Shown here in pieces: positions 14,172 to 28,349 of a DNA stretch of 64,000 bases. How positions within the stretch are numbered: position 1 is the stretch's first letter; each line of letters begins with the position of its first letter. This DNA comes from the human T2T-CHM13v2.0 reference genome, Homo sapiens. Below the pieces are notes generated by a model that saw only the letters and a program-made list of their open reading frames with translations, made no database searches and had not been told where the DNA came from. Location of the stretch: NCBI RefSeq assembly GCF_009914755.1, contig NC_060932.1. One strand, 5' to 3'. The translations under genes and the position numbers were made by a program.

Positions 14172-15904
14172 CTACTTGAAAAGAATAGAAAAAAAATAAA
14201 GACAAAAGTTGAATAAATAAAAATATGATTACCAAACTGCAAACTGTTATCGATCAATGAATGCATTCAGCGAGTATTTATTTCTGTATGTGTGTGATGT
14301 TTGACGTATCCTGAAAGGAACAGGAACTATCCAAAGTTTACCTTTAAGCTATATTCTTTGGTGACTGCCACAAAGTTTCACTTGTGTCACTAAATTACTG
14401 AAAGTGTTGAAGGAAAGAAAACTGGGGATAGCCACAAATGCTTGCAGTTTTCAATTTGCTGACTTGAATGTTTGCAACCGGTTATTTAACACATATATGA
14501 TTTTGGTCGATTATTTTTATATATACTTTCAATCAGTATTTCCCATAATTAAAAATACATTTGCATTTTTTCTATTATCTGTTTTGGGTTAGGTCAAGTA
14601 CTTATACCCTATATTTGTATTGCTGATCTTTATATTAAAAATATTTTCTCCTGCAATTTTCTCTGCATTTTTATTTCTCCTATCTCATTAGTCCCTGACT
14701 GTCACCCTTAGTTAATATTATTGCTTTGGGGGAATCATCCTAATTATCTAATACACAGAACATGTTGAATAGGTTAACATTTCAGGAATAGTCATAACAG
14801 ACAGTACTATGTAGGAAAACACCTTTAATTGCAATAAAAAGCTTAAAATCAGCCCTTACATATATTGATCTTTTAGTGGATCTCATTTGAGAGATTGTGA
14901 AAGATTAGGTGCAAATATTTTATTTTTTGACATAGGCGCATCCTCTAAGTACAAAACAGACCTATTAGAAGAAACACATAAAACTTAAAAACAAAGAGGG
15001 AAAATGCCTAATACTGAATTTTTTAGTGAGAATATTACAGAACTATTCAATATTAATTAATTTACCAAAGTGATTAATTCTTAACATATACAGAAATTGA
15101 TCTTAGGAATTCAGATTATTAACTGATAGACAGCAGTTTAGCCTTGCATATTAAACTCGGTGATTTATTTCAGTGATTTTCTTATTTGAATTCACTGGAA
15201 ACAATTGATTTGAATGAGGCGAGCCAACAGATATTTAATGACTCTTCTTATAATCAGAGAATAGGATTTCCAAATGTCTAGTCAGGGATAAAATTAATTT
15301 CCTTAACATGTATTTTTTTAAGAATTATTTTATTACAGCATGAAAAAAACCTCACAAAATAGGTAACCTCCAATATATTTTTTATTTTTTATTTTAAACT
15401 GTGACCTTATGAACCAAAAATAGTTTTAGCACTAAATTTGTGGCATCAGTAAAATAACTTGCAAGAACAATGAGGATGGAAACTTGAAACCTTGAGAACT
15501 GAGAAATACAACCAGGGAGTATGTGTTTGACAAAAATCCATAGGAACTGGGGGTTTCATGTTTCACTCAATTCCATTATATTCAATCCAACAAACCTTTG
15601 TGAAACATTATACTGTGGGAGATGCAAAGGTGGTTGTCAGAGTCAACGTTTTTGAAATGTAGCTCTTGAGGGTGATATTTAAAGGGGGAGGCACTAGGAT
15701 TGTTCATTGCATTGTTCACTGAAATTAAGAAGCATAAAGGTTCTTCTACTGTATCTTTTGCATCACTACTATGTTAGAAAGTCAGTTTTGCATTTCTACA
15801 GTGTGAAACAGGATAAGCATTTTGAGTTGTTGCAATAAGTAGCTGCCTACCTGGAATCCCCAAGTCAATGTCTTTGGGAGTAAGGAAAGTAACACGTACG
15901 TGTA

Positions 15905-16045
15905 AAGCAGCCTAGTGGAATATAATAGTGAGTATATGGAAAAATAAATATCTGGTTTCTGGACTAGTCTCCCAGTTTACCTCAACATTTGACTTTTGGG
16001 CAAATTATTTAAGCCCTTTAAACTTCAGCTTTCTCATGTATAACC
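15905..16045 (+). mobile_element. MIR fragment
   Basis: tgacttttgggcaaattatttaagccc...cttcagctttctcatgtataa core. Confidence 0.6.
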
Positions 16046-17826
16046 TTTAAAATATAAAGTATTGCTGGTATTCAATTGTGTTTGACTCACAAAATATGCA
16101 GTTACATTTGGTTCAAGCTAGGAAAATGAAGAGTTTTAAATGCAAGATTATCTTCAAGATGATCTTCACGTTCTTGTTGAGACTGCATTTGGAAGAGTTG
16201 AGAAAACATTAGGTTGAGAAATCATTGAACATGGTTGAAGAATGAAAATGAGAGAGGAGCTTGGAGAATACAGCCAGTGAAAATGGAAACCTGGGGTCTG
16301 GAAAAATTGAGTCCCAATTCTATAGTTTGGACTCATCGGGCTATCTCAGGCCTATATAAATGAGATTCATCTAAAGCAAACTGGGTTAATTTTACAAAAA
16401 AAATTCAAATCACTTTCTACCAGTTCAAATGAGAAGAATATCTGAATGTTAGTAATGTGAATACATAACACATGATAACTTGGAGGTAAGGTTAACAGGA
16501 TGGGACATGAAGAGAGAGACAAAATTTTTGGAAGGAAGTATATGTCAATTCTTACAATATGAATATCTCATTGGGGGCTTTAAAAATGCAAATTCTAGTA
16601 AAGCAGAGTCACTCATACAACTTTATACAAGAAAGTTAATGAATTCTTTAAAAGGGCACTTTTAAAGAATTAAAATGTGTATATACACACATACATATAT
16701 GTATACATATATATATATATAAATTAAAAGGGGCACTTTTTTCTCAATTGGATTATTTTTATAAGAGCCAGCTATAATTAGGAAACAATTAGATGTCCCT
16801 TTCATATAGCTTAAACAGCAACAGAAGTTCTTCAGTGATAAATAACAGCTTTGTTTGCCTTGTTCTTTCTGTGTGTTTATAATTTCTTCAATTTCTAAAA
16901 ACACCTTATTTCCTGACAATGAGAACAAGACTGTTGAAAATGGCAATGAAACTCCACTCTCTTTCATTACCAGTATAGAGCTGAATACTGCCTCTAACTA
17001 AAAAACTGAGCAGACACTGCACATAGACAGTTGCTTTAGACACATTACGCATTGAAGCATTTGTTTTTGGTGACCTTGCTTTCAGATACACGTGTCTGAA
17101 ATGTTTTTATAGTGAAGAAACTAAAAGAAAAGTCCTGAATAAAAGCAAGCCCTACTATTCCTATTCTGGGGGCTCTTAGCAGTCTGTCTCATCTGGAATT
17201 GCAGTTTGTTAAGGCTTATATGACTGTTAAAAAAACAATTTAGTAGATAATCAGATTTCCAGATTCATTAATTACATAAACAAAATTAGTTGCTCAGATA
17301 GAGCAAAACTTCCAATATATCAGATACACAGTATTTTTCGCAGTACCCCAATGAAGAGATTGTTGTTTGTTTTACGCACGCACTGCATAAAATCACTGAG
17401 TATAACTTTTGTCTCAACTACATTTGATATTTTTACTGCCTTAGTGACAGTAAGTCACAACACATTATAAATAAAAGAATATACATTTAGTAATAAATAA
17501 TGTCCAGAATTGAAGCAGATACCTCGTGATATTTGTGTCAAATACAAAATAGCACCACTAATTTGGAGTCAGTTCAGACCTAAATAAAATACTTGTTAAG
17601 GCTACAGAAGCTAGTACACTAACTTTGTTTAAAAATTTGTGATGGTTGTGCAGATTCTCAAAGTGTTCCTCACTCCATCTAATCATTTATACATCACATT
17701 TTACTGATTTCTTACTATTAGCCAGATAATTTTCTAGGTACTGAAGTTGCAGAGGTATACAAGAGCCTCAATATTTTTTTGTCTGTATGGTTCCCATACA
17801 GTCAGAGAGACAGAACATAAATAGAA

Positions 17827-17829
<3 letters not shown>

Positions 17830-17868
<39 letters not shown>
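17830..17868. repeat. (AT)n microsatellite
   Basis: Direct inspection. Confidence 0.97.
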
Positions 17869-17872
<4 letters not shown>

Positions 17873-18000
17873 TTCAACTTAAACCAAAGAATAGCTCTGC
17901 TAACAAATACATCCTGAAATAAAGTTAACTTCGCTATTTTAAAAAATATTTTTAAAAAAGTGCTACTTGACATTATATCACATTTAGTGTCCATTAAATA

Positions 18001-18220
18001 TGTAGATTAATCGGAAACTATAGTTGGCTACTCAGAACTCCTCTTTGGGATTGAGGAGCTCATTCCCTCAGCTGCCTGGCTGCTGATGGCTCATAGCTAA
18101 CTCCTTTCTCAAGGAATTGCTTTCAAAAAACAGAACTTCCAAGCCCAAGGTTATGGTCCTTCTTCAGAGGCAGCTTGTAAACAGTGACTGGTAGAAATGT
18201 GTGTACAACGGCTTGGCTCC
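18001..18220 (+). mobile_element. LTR16C-like ERVL LTR, 5' part (split by MSTA)
   Basis: ctcattccctcagctgc...ggctgctgatggctcatagct...ggaattgc...gcccaaggttat...tgactggt. Confidence 0.75.
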
Positions 18221-18425
18221 TGCACTAGTCTGTTCTCACACTGCTATAAAAACATACCTGAGACTGGGTAATTTATGGAGAAAAGAGGTTTAATTGACTC
18301 CCAGTTTCACAGGCTGTACAAAAGGCATGGCTAGGGAAGCCTCAGGAAAACTTCAATCATGGCAGAAGTTGAAGGTGAAGCAGGCATACTCTTCACATAG
18401 CAGAACAGGAGAGAGAGAGAGAGAG

Positions 18426-18478
<53 letters not shown>

Positions 18479-19845
18479 TAGAGAGAGAGAGAGAGTGAGA
18501 GTGAGAGAGAGTGTGTGTGTGAGAGAGAGAGAGTGAGAGAGAGAGAGAGAGAGAAAGGGTGAAATGCTACACATTTAAAACAACCAGATCTCATGAGAAC
18601 TGACTCACAGTCAGGAGAACAGCAAGGGGGAAATCCACCCCATAATCCAGTTACCTCCTAGGAGGTCCCTCTTCCAACACTGGGGATTACAATTCAACGT
18701 GAGATTTGGTTGGTGACACACAGCCAAACCATATCATTCTGCCCCTGGCCTCTCCCAAATCTCATGTCCTTCTCATATCTCAAAACCAATCATGCCTTCC
18801 CAACAGTGCCCCAAAGTCTTAACTCATTCCAGCATTAACTAAATGTCCATTGTCTTGGCTATTAACATTTGGCTCTTTATTTATTCAAATTTCTGCAGCC
18901 TTGAATTTCTCCCTAGAATATGATTTTTTTTTTCTACCACATGATTAGGCTGTGAATTTTCCAAACTTTTATGTTATGATTCCCTTTTAAACATAAGTTC
19001 TAGTTTCAGGCCATTTCTTTGTTTATGCAGATGAGCATAGGCTTTTAGAAGCAGCCAGGTCATATCTCATATGCTTTGCTACTTAGAAATTTCTTCCATC
19101 AGATACCCTATATTATATCTCTCAGGTTCACCATTCCACAGATCTCTAGAGCAGGGGCACAATGCCACCAATATCTTTGCTAAACCATAGCAAGAGTGAC
19201 CCTTACTCCAGTTCTCAAAAAGTTACTCATCTCCATCAGAGACCACCTCAGCCTGAACTTCACTGTCCATGTCACTATCAGCATTTTAGTCACAAGCATT
19301 CAACAAGTCTTTGGGAAATTCCAAACTTTCCCTCATGTTTCCATCTTCTTTTGAGCACTCCAAACTATTCCAACCACTGCCCATTACCAAAGTTCCAAAG
19401 TCATGTCCACATTTTCAGGTATCTTTATACCAATGCCCCACTTCTCTGGTACCAATTTTCTGTATAAGTCCATTCTATCATTGCTGTAAAGACCTACATG
19501 ATACTAGGTTATTTATGGAGAAAAGAGGTTTAATGACTCACAGTTCCACAGGCTGTACATGAGGCATGGCTGGGGAGACCTCAGAAAAGTTACAATCATG
19601 AAGGAAGGTGAAGTGGAAGCAGGCACAAACTTCATATAGCAGAGCAGGAGAGAGAGAGAACAAAGGGGGATATGCTGTGTGCTTTTAAACAACCAGATCT
19701 CATGAGAACTCACTCACTATCGTGAGAACAGGAAGAGGGAAATCTGTCCCCATGATCTAGTCACCTCCTACCAGATCCCTCCACAGCACTGAAGATTACA
19801 ATTCAACATGAGATTAGTGTGGGGACACAGAGCCAAACCATATCA
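18221..19845 (-). mobile_element. MSTA MaLR provirus (LTR-int-LTR) with internal deletion
   Basis: Two homologous LTRs (18221-18736 and 19461-19845) both ending ccaaaccatatca; perfect 5-bp TSD gctcc at 18216-18220 and 19846-19850; minus-strand PBS-like tggtacca next to the right LTR and a polypurine tract next to the left LTR. Confidence 0.93.
18409..18553. repeat. Compound (GA)n(GT)n(GA)n microsatellite inside the MSTA LTR
   Basis: Direct inspection; it explains three spurious ORFs at 18294-18594. Confidence 0.97.
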
Positions 19846-20085
19846 GCTCCCTTCCTTTAACTGAGACAGCTCTGAGATTGCATCTCAGTTTTAGAAGGTG
19901 TGATGGCTTTTTGATCGACAAGGTGTTTGTTGCAACTACAATGCAGCTCACCTTTCCCTCTGCCCAGTCCTGCTTCCTTCATTCCCTTACACATGTCAAT
20001 TCATAGAGAGCATCTAGTGAGTTTTTAAAATTGAAGAAAGCTCACTATCTCACAATCTATTTCCCAGAGATCTTATCCTTATGTG
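19846..20085 (+). mobile_element. LTR16C-like ERVL LTR, 3' part
   Basis: tttgttgcaactacaatgcagctcacctttccctctgcccagtcctgcttcctt...atctcacaatctatttcccagaga. Confidence 0.75.
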
Positions 20086-21049
20086 ATAGGAGTAGGGAGA
20101 GGTACTTTGGGAGGTGCCAGTATTTGTGGAATATATTTTTGTGTAAGTAAGTATGAAGTTGAAGCTGAGTACAGTGATTTGCCTCAGTAATATGTAAAGG
20201 TACCTTTTACAATATTTGTTGATGAGAACTCTTGCCTCATATTTTCTTCAAGATGGCTGAGTTTGATATAGACTGATAAAGTAAAACAACAAAACATAGA
20301 ACTTTTCAGATGGAAATTTTGAGCTCCAGTTCTAATCTTGGATGCATTTAGGGAGCTTCTTGGCACTGACTCAAGTGATGACCATACAAAGAAAAATAAA
20401 TACAGACCCATAATTTCAAGAAGAAGATACTCAATAGTCGTATTCAGAACAATACCTATGATTATTAGTTCCAAGAATGAAGGGGTGATAATATTAATGC
20501 CTACATTATAGAGTTGTAAAAAAAATCAAATGCTATAATGTAAAAGAATATTTGACATAGAAAATTTACAAAATAAGTTTTATTTTTAAAATTAATATGA
20601 TATAAATACTATACATAATATAAATATCATTGTTGTAAATACTGTTAGGTAGTTGATGTGAATAACTCACTGTTGTACAGTTGGGTGGCTGGTGTTAGGA
20701 GCTTGTAACATGTGGCTTGTTCAAGCAACAGTTTTCACCAGTGAGCAGCAATGTATAATTGTAGGGAGAAAAATTTTTATCTCTATAGATATTAGTGTTT
20801 TCTAAGAAGTTCATACTATTCCAAATAAAATGCCTTGTCAACAGATTGCTCAAAAAATCACTGAGAAAATAGAGACATAAAAAAGAAGTGCTAAAAGTTA
20901 ATATGGATAAAACCTTTACATTAGCTAATTTGAAAGCTAGGAATATACTTAAAACTCTCAAAAGAAAAACAGAAAACACTGACGAGATCAAATACACAGC
21001 TGCATAAGGTCTATGTCTCCAAGAGGCAGTCACAGATACATGGCTTATC

Positions 21050-21670
21050 TTTCATTATCCTTCCATAATCTCTCCAGTGCTTACTATGTGCCATGTACTG
21101 AAACAAACACTGGAAATGTGGTAAAGAAAAAGGAATTATTTTGTTACCTTTCAAGAGATTATAATGACTGGTGAAGACTTATGATAAAGTCAAGAGTATG
21201 GAATACATAAGGAAACTCAACAGAACCTTGGAAGGGCTGGCTAAGCTGTAACATGAGTTATGAGTAGGGGCTAACCAGTCAGATAAGACTGGGTTAGCCA
21301 GTGCACTTGTGTGGTGGAGGGTGGAAGGGATGGCCAAAAGAGGTGTTCCAGATGAAAGCAACAAAGAGTTCAGGGTCTTAAAAATGTATCCTTTGTTTTG
21401 ACAATTGGGTAGGGCTAAGGATGTGACCTGTAAGAAACTGTGGGCTTTGTATAGTTATAACATTTTAAAATGCACTCCAAAGGCAAAAATGAGAAACGTT
21501 GGTGAAGAGACGGCCATTAAAGATGTTAAGTGAAGCAGTGGCATAATTGTAATTGTTTCCCAGGAAGATCACTGCTGCCATATGAAGGTCACTGTTGTTA
21601 TATGAACAATGATTTGCATTCAAAGAAGAATGGAGCGATTGAAACTAGCAGAAGTTTTTTCTCCACTATT
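21050..21670 (-). mobile_element. L2 fragment
   Basis: agtgcttactatgtgcca...; ggaagatcactgctgcc...gcagaagtt...ctattccagta. Confidence 0.6.
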
Positions 21671-22349
21671 CCAGTAACTATGGCTGAGTTTCGCTTAATG
21701 AAGTGAAACTCATTAGCCACACCATAAATAAATAGGACCCTTCTCTGGGTTGTGAAATGAATAAATGCCTTGCCCTGCTTGCTACAAGGTGATGGAAAAA
21801 CTTTTTCTACCAAAAATGTGACACCTAGGACATTAGTTCTACTAGATGTTATTAGCAGCTCTATGAGTAAATACACTGATAAAAGACTAAGTTAAACAAA
21901 GTTAACATATTTTATAATGGAAGCATTTATCAGGAACTTTTTATATTGTATGAATGGTGTAAATGTTTAAGATAATAGTATAGGATGTCTTGTTTCACAA
22001 AATCGTTTGACCAGGAAATCCTTCTCTACGCTCAACCTGAAACATCAATCAAATATTCAGTGAAAATTTATCATGAACTGAGGCTAGATCAGTGGAGAAA
22101 CAATAAACAATGGCAATCGAATGAAAAGTCTTAAAATGTTGCATGAAGTTTACAGAGTGTAGAGACAATAAACAAATAACTAATTTAACTGTGTTCTACA
22201 CTAGATTGTGATAAATGTTTTGGAGGAAAATAGAAAGAAGGCTGTGGTTTGAAACGTCTCAACAAACTTCCAATCATGCAAAACTTGAGGGAACGAGGTA
22301 AGATCGATTTTAAAAAATCATAAAAATATTGATGTGTCAAATTATAATC

Positions 22350-23140
22350 CAATAACAAATATTTATTCAGCAGAGTATTAGCTGTGATGATTCAGTGGCA
22401 GGGAATGCAGAAAGTCCTGGGCTTCATGGAGCTTGTATTCTAGTGTTAAAGAAAGAAAAAGTGTAAGCAAATAGCCCAATCAAGAAAATAAATACAGAGT
22501 AGACTATGTATTTGAAGGAGGCATACTGAGAGTTAATATTGAGAATAATATTGGGGAATTTATTTCAAGTGGATCATCTGGAAATATTTCTTTGGAGTAA
22601 TTGCATTTAAAATCAGACCAAAGGAAGAGAGAAAGACAGTCATCTGAAGAGCTGTAGAAAGGATGTAACTACAGGCAATAGATTCAGCATTTTTGAGGAA
22701 TTGAGAAAAACTATGGCTGAAGCAAACTGACTAGAGAGAAAAGGGTTGGGCAGTTACAGAGAATAAGGAGCACTTAATGCAGAACCTTGCAGAGTTCTGA
22801 ATTTTATTCTCTCTGCAACAGAAAGCCATGAAAGGACTTCATCATCCCATTTATGTTTAGAGAAAAAGATCCCCCTCTCTGTAGAAGATGGGAGAGTCTA
22901 TAGATGGGAGTCTGAGGGAAACAGAAGGCAGTTTAGAAGGAAGTTCATTGCAGATAAGATAATGGCCTGAAGGCAATCCTGATGAAACATAACACTTATA
23001 ATCCACATAGATTAGCAAGAGCAGTTCGGAAAAGAAATATAAAAGGTGACAAGTAGTCAACGAGGTAGGTGAAAAAACAGTAGAAAATGGGATGGTGGAC
23101 ACAAGCTAAAGGAATATGCTATAGGAAGACAGTGGTTAAC
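22350..23140 (-). mobile_element. L2 fragment
   Basis: aacaaatatttatt...cttcatggagcttgtattctagtg...tgaattttattct...gaaagccatgaaagga...gaaggcagtttagaaggaagttcattgcag. Confidence 0.65.
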
Positions 23141-24344
23141 AAAAGGCCTCCTTTTCTATTTGATTATTAAAATGTTTTATTGTATTATTAAAATTTAGCC
23201 TATATCTGAAAGGCACTGTACTTGATTCTTTCAATCATATCATTTATTTATGACAATATAATTACAGGATTTCAGAGCATAATCATACAGAAAACATGAA
23301 GCTTTATAGCTTTAGCAGTAGTTTAAGCACAAGATTGACTCAAACACTTCCCCATTTCTTAATGTCTTACCATAATTAGTTATATTTCTTTAAATCACCA
23401 TTCTTTCAGAAGCGCTATATTTTAAAATACGGGGGACTGATAACAGCTCAGATCAGCTATGGAAACCAGTGAATCTAGTCCTAAAGTCATACTTCCCCTC
23501 TCTTAGGAATGGAGATGCAACCCTCCATCTGCAGTCTCTCTACCTAACTGCCATCTCTCAGGGAAGAATTTCAGTCTCTATGGAGACTGCCTCCATTTCA
23601 GTCAGTCAATTAGAGGTGAAAGGTATTCCATTTGCAGTCACCTAAACCATAGAGTCCATCTATTTTTCTCTTCATTCTTTCAGCCAAATGATATCTTCTT
23701 ATCTAAGAGAGGAAAAAAATCTGAGTATCGTGGTCATTTAATTTGAGCTTGTTCTGTCCTAGTTACTCTGTTTCCTTTGTTTCAAATGGCAGCATTCTCC
23801 ATAAATCAGATAAAGAACTGTATCTTTATGCTATCATCTTTGAAAGCTCCATAATTGTACCTTTTCTACCCAAGTCACTGAAATAAAACATCCATTTCTA
23901 CACTAAATATTAATTTATTTCCTGTTGTACTTATTACATTATTTACTTAGGTGATAGTACTTCCAACCTTTTTCAGGGGTAAACTCGTACTGTAGAGAAC
24001 TATTTTCTAAATAACACACATTTTCACAAAAGAAAATGAAAACTGTACAGATTAGAAGTTATTCTTAACACACCTATCTTTTCCCTAAAAGAAGCTAAAA
24101 GATTTATGTTATTTCTTTTGTTTTAAATTTAGTCACATTTGCTGAAAAACATTACATTGAATATGATTAAAACTAATTAATTTAATTTCCTGATCAGAGC
24201 AGTTAAGATTTGTGTAAAATGAAGAGAGATAAAAAGAATAATAAATAACAGGAAAATATTTACCATGAATAGTCTGCTGATGAGCTTCTGTTATCATATT
24301 TTCTTCCTATCCTTGTTCCTCAAGAAAGGAAAAATGTGGTGGTT

Positions 24345-24905
24345 GTTATTTAAAATTAGAAACTTTTGTGGTTGCAAACAACAGAAGCCCAATTTAAATA
24401 GTATGAACTGAATAAAGGCATTTAAGTAGAATTTAACTGGAAAGTCCAGTTATGGACTCTAGTTTCAGGCATGGCAGCATCAAGGGGCTCTTATATCACA
24501 GGTCTTAAGTTTCCTTTTTCCATTTATTCTATGCTTTCCCCTGAGTCTGGCTCCATTCTAAGGCAGTTAATCCCCTTGAGATATCATTTTACTTAAAAGC
24601 ACTTTCAGGCTTACATTTTAAACTTTGAGTGACCACAAATATTTTTTAAAGTCCTAGAACTGTACTGGTTTGTATTATATGTTTAGCCAGTCCTGAACTA
24701 ACTATTATGGCCATGTTCGTGTTGCTTTGATTGCCAACGTGGGTTTCATAACCACTCATGGGGTTGGAGTATGCAACGGGAGATTACACCTGAATCACAT
24801 GGACTTAGAATATTGGAGGAATATTTCCTTAAGAAAAATTGGGTTATTCTTGCTAAAAGAAGAGTGAATGGGTGATAGGCCGCCAAAAACTACAGAAGTA
24901 CATGC
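24345..24905 (-). mobile_element. Old MaLR LTR (MLT1J/K-like)
   Basis: ggttgcaaacaacagaagccca...ggaaagtccag...ttcaggcatggcagcatcaaggggctc...aaaagaagagtgaatgggtg. Confidence 0.7.
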
Positions 24906-24909
24906 CAAA

Positions 24910-25900
24910 CTCCCAATTCCTTGATATTGCCATTCATATAACTTTCTTTTCCACTTGATGTCATGACCACTTTTTGACATGACCGCAACTGTTTATTCCT
25001 TAGAAGAACCCTCTATGTATTTTGGACTTCAAATATTCAATCTCTAAACACAAGCTACTGTCTTTCTACATTTCCAAACTTCTCATCCTTAATATATCTA
25101 CTTCCATTTCCCCATCCCCCCACTGTCCTTTTCACCAGCTCCCTCTGACTGCATGTACACTTTCCTGGACTTCAATTTCTGTTCTTTCGGTTATTATCTT
25201 ACTGACATTTTTGGTCCCGTTGCCCTCTGTTCTTACACAATTCTTCCCTGCCAATCTCAAATCAGGATTCTGAAAACACTAGCTTTTTCTGTTTCTCTTC
25301 CTAGATGCTAATCATTACTCAGTTGGAGAAGTTTTAAAACAGCACTAATTTTCCTAGACATGCACGCCAGTCAACGCCAGCCCTCTTTTCAATGTAACTG
25401 TTCTTTTTGAAGGATTTTGTTTAGATGCTACTCTAAACAATGTTTTTATCTTCAAGCCCTCTCTCATGAGCATGCATCTTAAACTAAATTACATTATATT
25501 CATACAATCCTTTCAATTCAAGCTCCCTCAATCTTCTGCTGACTTATTAAGCCATTTTCTAGCAAAAGAAGTATTTTTTCATCTTCCAAAGATTTACTCC
25601 ACAAAATATTTATCTTTTCATTTTTACTCTCCTAATGTCACAACTTCCCATATATTCCAAGATCAATTATCTTCTTTGAGTCTTCAAATCCATCCTCTGA
25701 TTTCTCTTCTTTCCATTATTCAGTGGTCCTGTGGTGAATAGTTTCTATTCAATATCTTAATTTCTTATCAAATCCTCAATAATTTACACCTGTTTTCTGT
25801 ATTTTTTCCTGAAACTGTTTCCTGAAACTACTATTTTTGTGCTCCCCAATAATTTTTAATGACACCAGCATTTTCCAATATGAAAAATTTGAAACACCAA
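24910..25900 (+). mobile_element. Degenerate L2 body
   Basis: Pyrimidine-rich, with tgaccac...ttggacttc...tctactt, tcaaatcctcaat and ctgaaactgtt...ccccaat motifs. Confidence 0.45.
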
Positions 25901-27057
25901 TGATATCACGACTTCTCCAGATAAATTATGCATAGTATCAAATAACATAAAATTTCTTATTTATATATTTTAAATATATTTTCCATCTATCTTATCCTGT
26001 CAAAAAAGTGACATGTCTTTTTTTTATATTTGGATTTTTACATCAAAGGAAGTCATAGCTCTTGCAGAGTGAGAAATGGGGCAGCCAGAGGACTTCTTCA
26101 GGGTGTAGGAATGTTCTCCGTCAGGGGGAAGCCGAGTGATTCTGGGTTATTTCATGGGGAAATCTGACTTAGTAAGATTAATATGAGGGAATATTAGAAG
26201 GGAGACCAATTATAGGAAACCTTAGTAGTCTAAGTAAGAGTTAATAAAGGTTAATAACGAATTAAGTTAATAAGGATATAATCACACCACTTTTATATTA
26301 AACTTTTCTCACCTTTTTTTGCATTTTCTGCAGGTTCAGTTCTAATCCCTTTAATTGTCAAACAAGGCACATCTTGGTATGCCTTGTACCTATCCTGGTA
26401 CTCTTTTTCAGAGTGTTAAAACACTTTCTCTTTACATACTAAATAACTGTACATCCATGATTACATCAAGCTCACAATTCTAGTACTCACATATTTTATG
26501 AGAAAATAACTTGTATATTCATTTTTTTCTGACTAAAATGCCTAAACGACTCTGATTTTTCCTTTACATACCCTGCATTTGTGAGCTATATCGCCACCTT
26601 TCCAGGTTGATTGCAGGTAATATGTGTTCGGTACTTGCCCTGAATATTAGTCTCCTCTCTATTTCACTTATATTTATGTGGGACTTTCTAGTCAAAGACA
26701 AATCTCTCTTTCAAAGGATGGAAATGGAGTAAGCGCAAGAAATAGAACCATCTGGTTACTCTCTTAGAAATCTAGAGGAAGTGGCTATGGAAGGAGATGA
26801 TTTAGGGAGCACTTTGTGTTTAATACAGAAAATCCTACTTACTACCTCATTCTACTATTTTGTCATGACTTTGGGAAAATGACTTCATATATACAGCAAA
26901 CAAATGGGTTCGGAGGCAAACATGGTTGCATCTTCTTTTTCCTTAAGGCTAGACCTGAGCATCCACTATAAAGAATGAAGATGTCAGAAACTCATTTCTA
27001 ATCATTATAATTAGGGCATAGACAAGTGATCCATCTCTGGCTAATATAATAAAATAA

Positions 27058-27841
<784 letters not shown>

Positions 27842-28349
27842 TACATTTTTTTTTGCCCTAAGACAGAAGCTTTGGAACTGATAAGAGTTCTGAGTCATAA
27901 GTGTGAAACATAGAACTATGGAATATGGACTGACAATGTTGATGACACTGATGGAAAGAGTTGCTCTTCCCTCTATACATCCTCATTGTGAGGTCTAAAC
28001 AATTAAGGCAGAACCAGTGCCAGTACATTGTCTTGATAATGAGAGGGATTTCTATGTCGGGTACAGCAGATAGCTTTCAAGTCTCTATGGCTCAGTTGCA
28101 GTGCATTCCTCTATCATTGGAAAATCATTAAGCAATAAGAAAAGGCCATGCCAGAGCTGCTGAAATGCTTATTCTCAGCAGCCAGACTGTGAGGTGATAT
28201 CAACAACAGTCAAAGGGAAACAGAACTCTTCATTAATCTGAACATTCTTTTAATTTTACCTATCTTAAAGAAATAATAATCAGGTCTCATTTTTAAATCA
28301 CAGGTGTGGTAGCTTGAACCTCATGGCAAAACGAACAATTTTGTTACAA

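Noticed and set aside
15892-15903. 12-bp palindrome acacgtacgtgt
   Set aside because: Isolated and short, so it could be chance; no supporting context.
18294-18594. ORFs with RE/CV/HT/LS dipeptide runs
   Set aside because: Microsatellite read-through inside an LTR.
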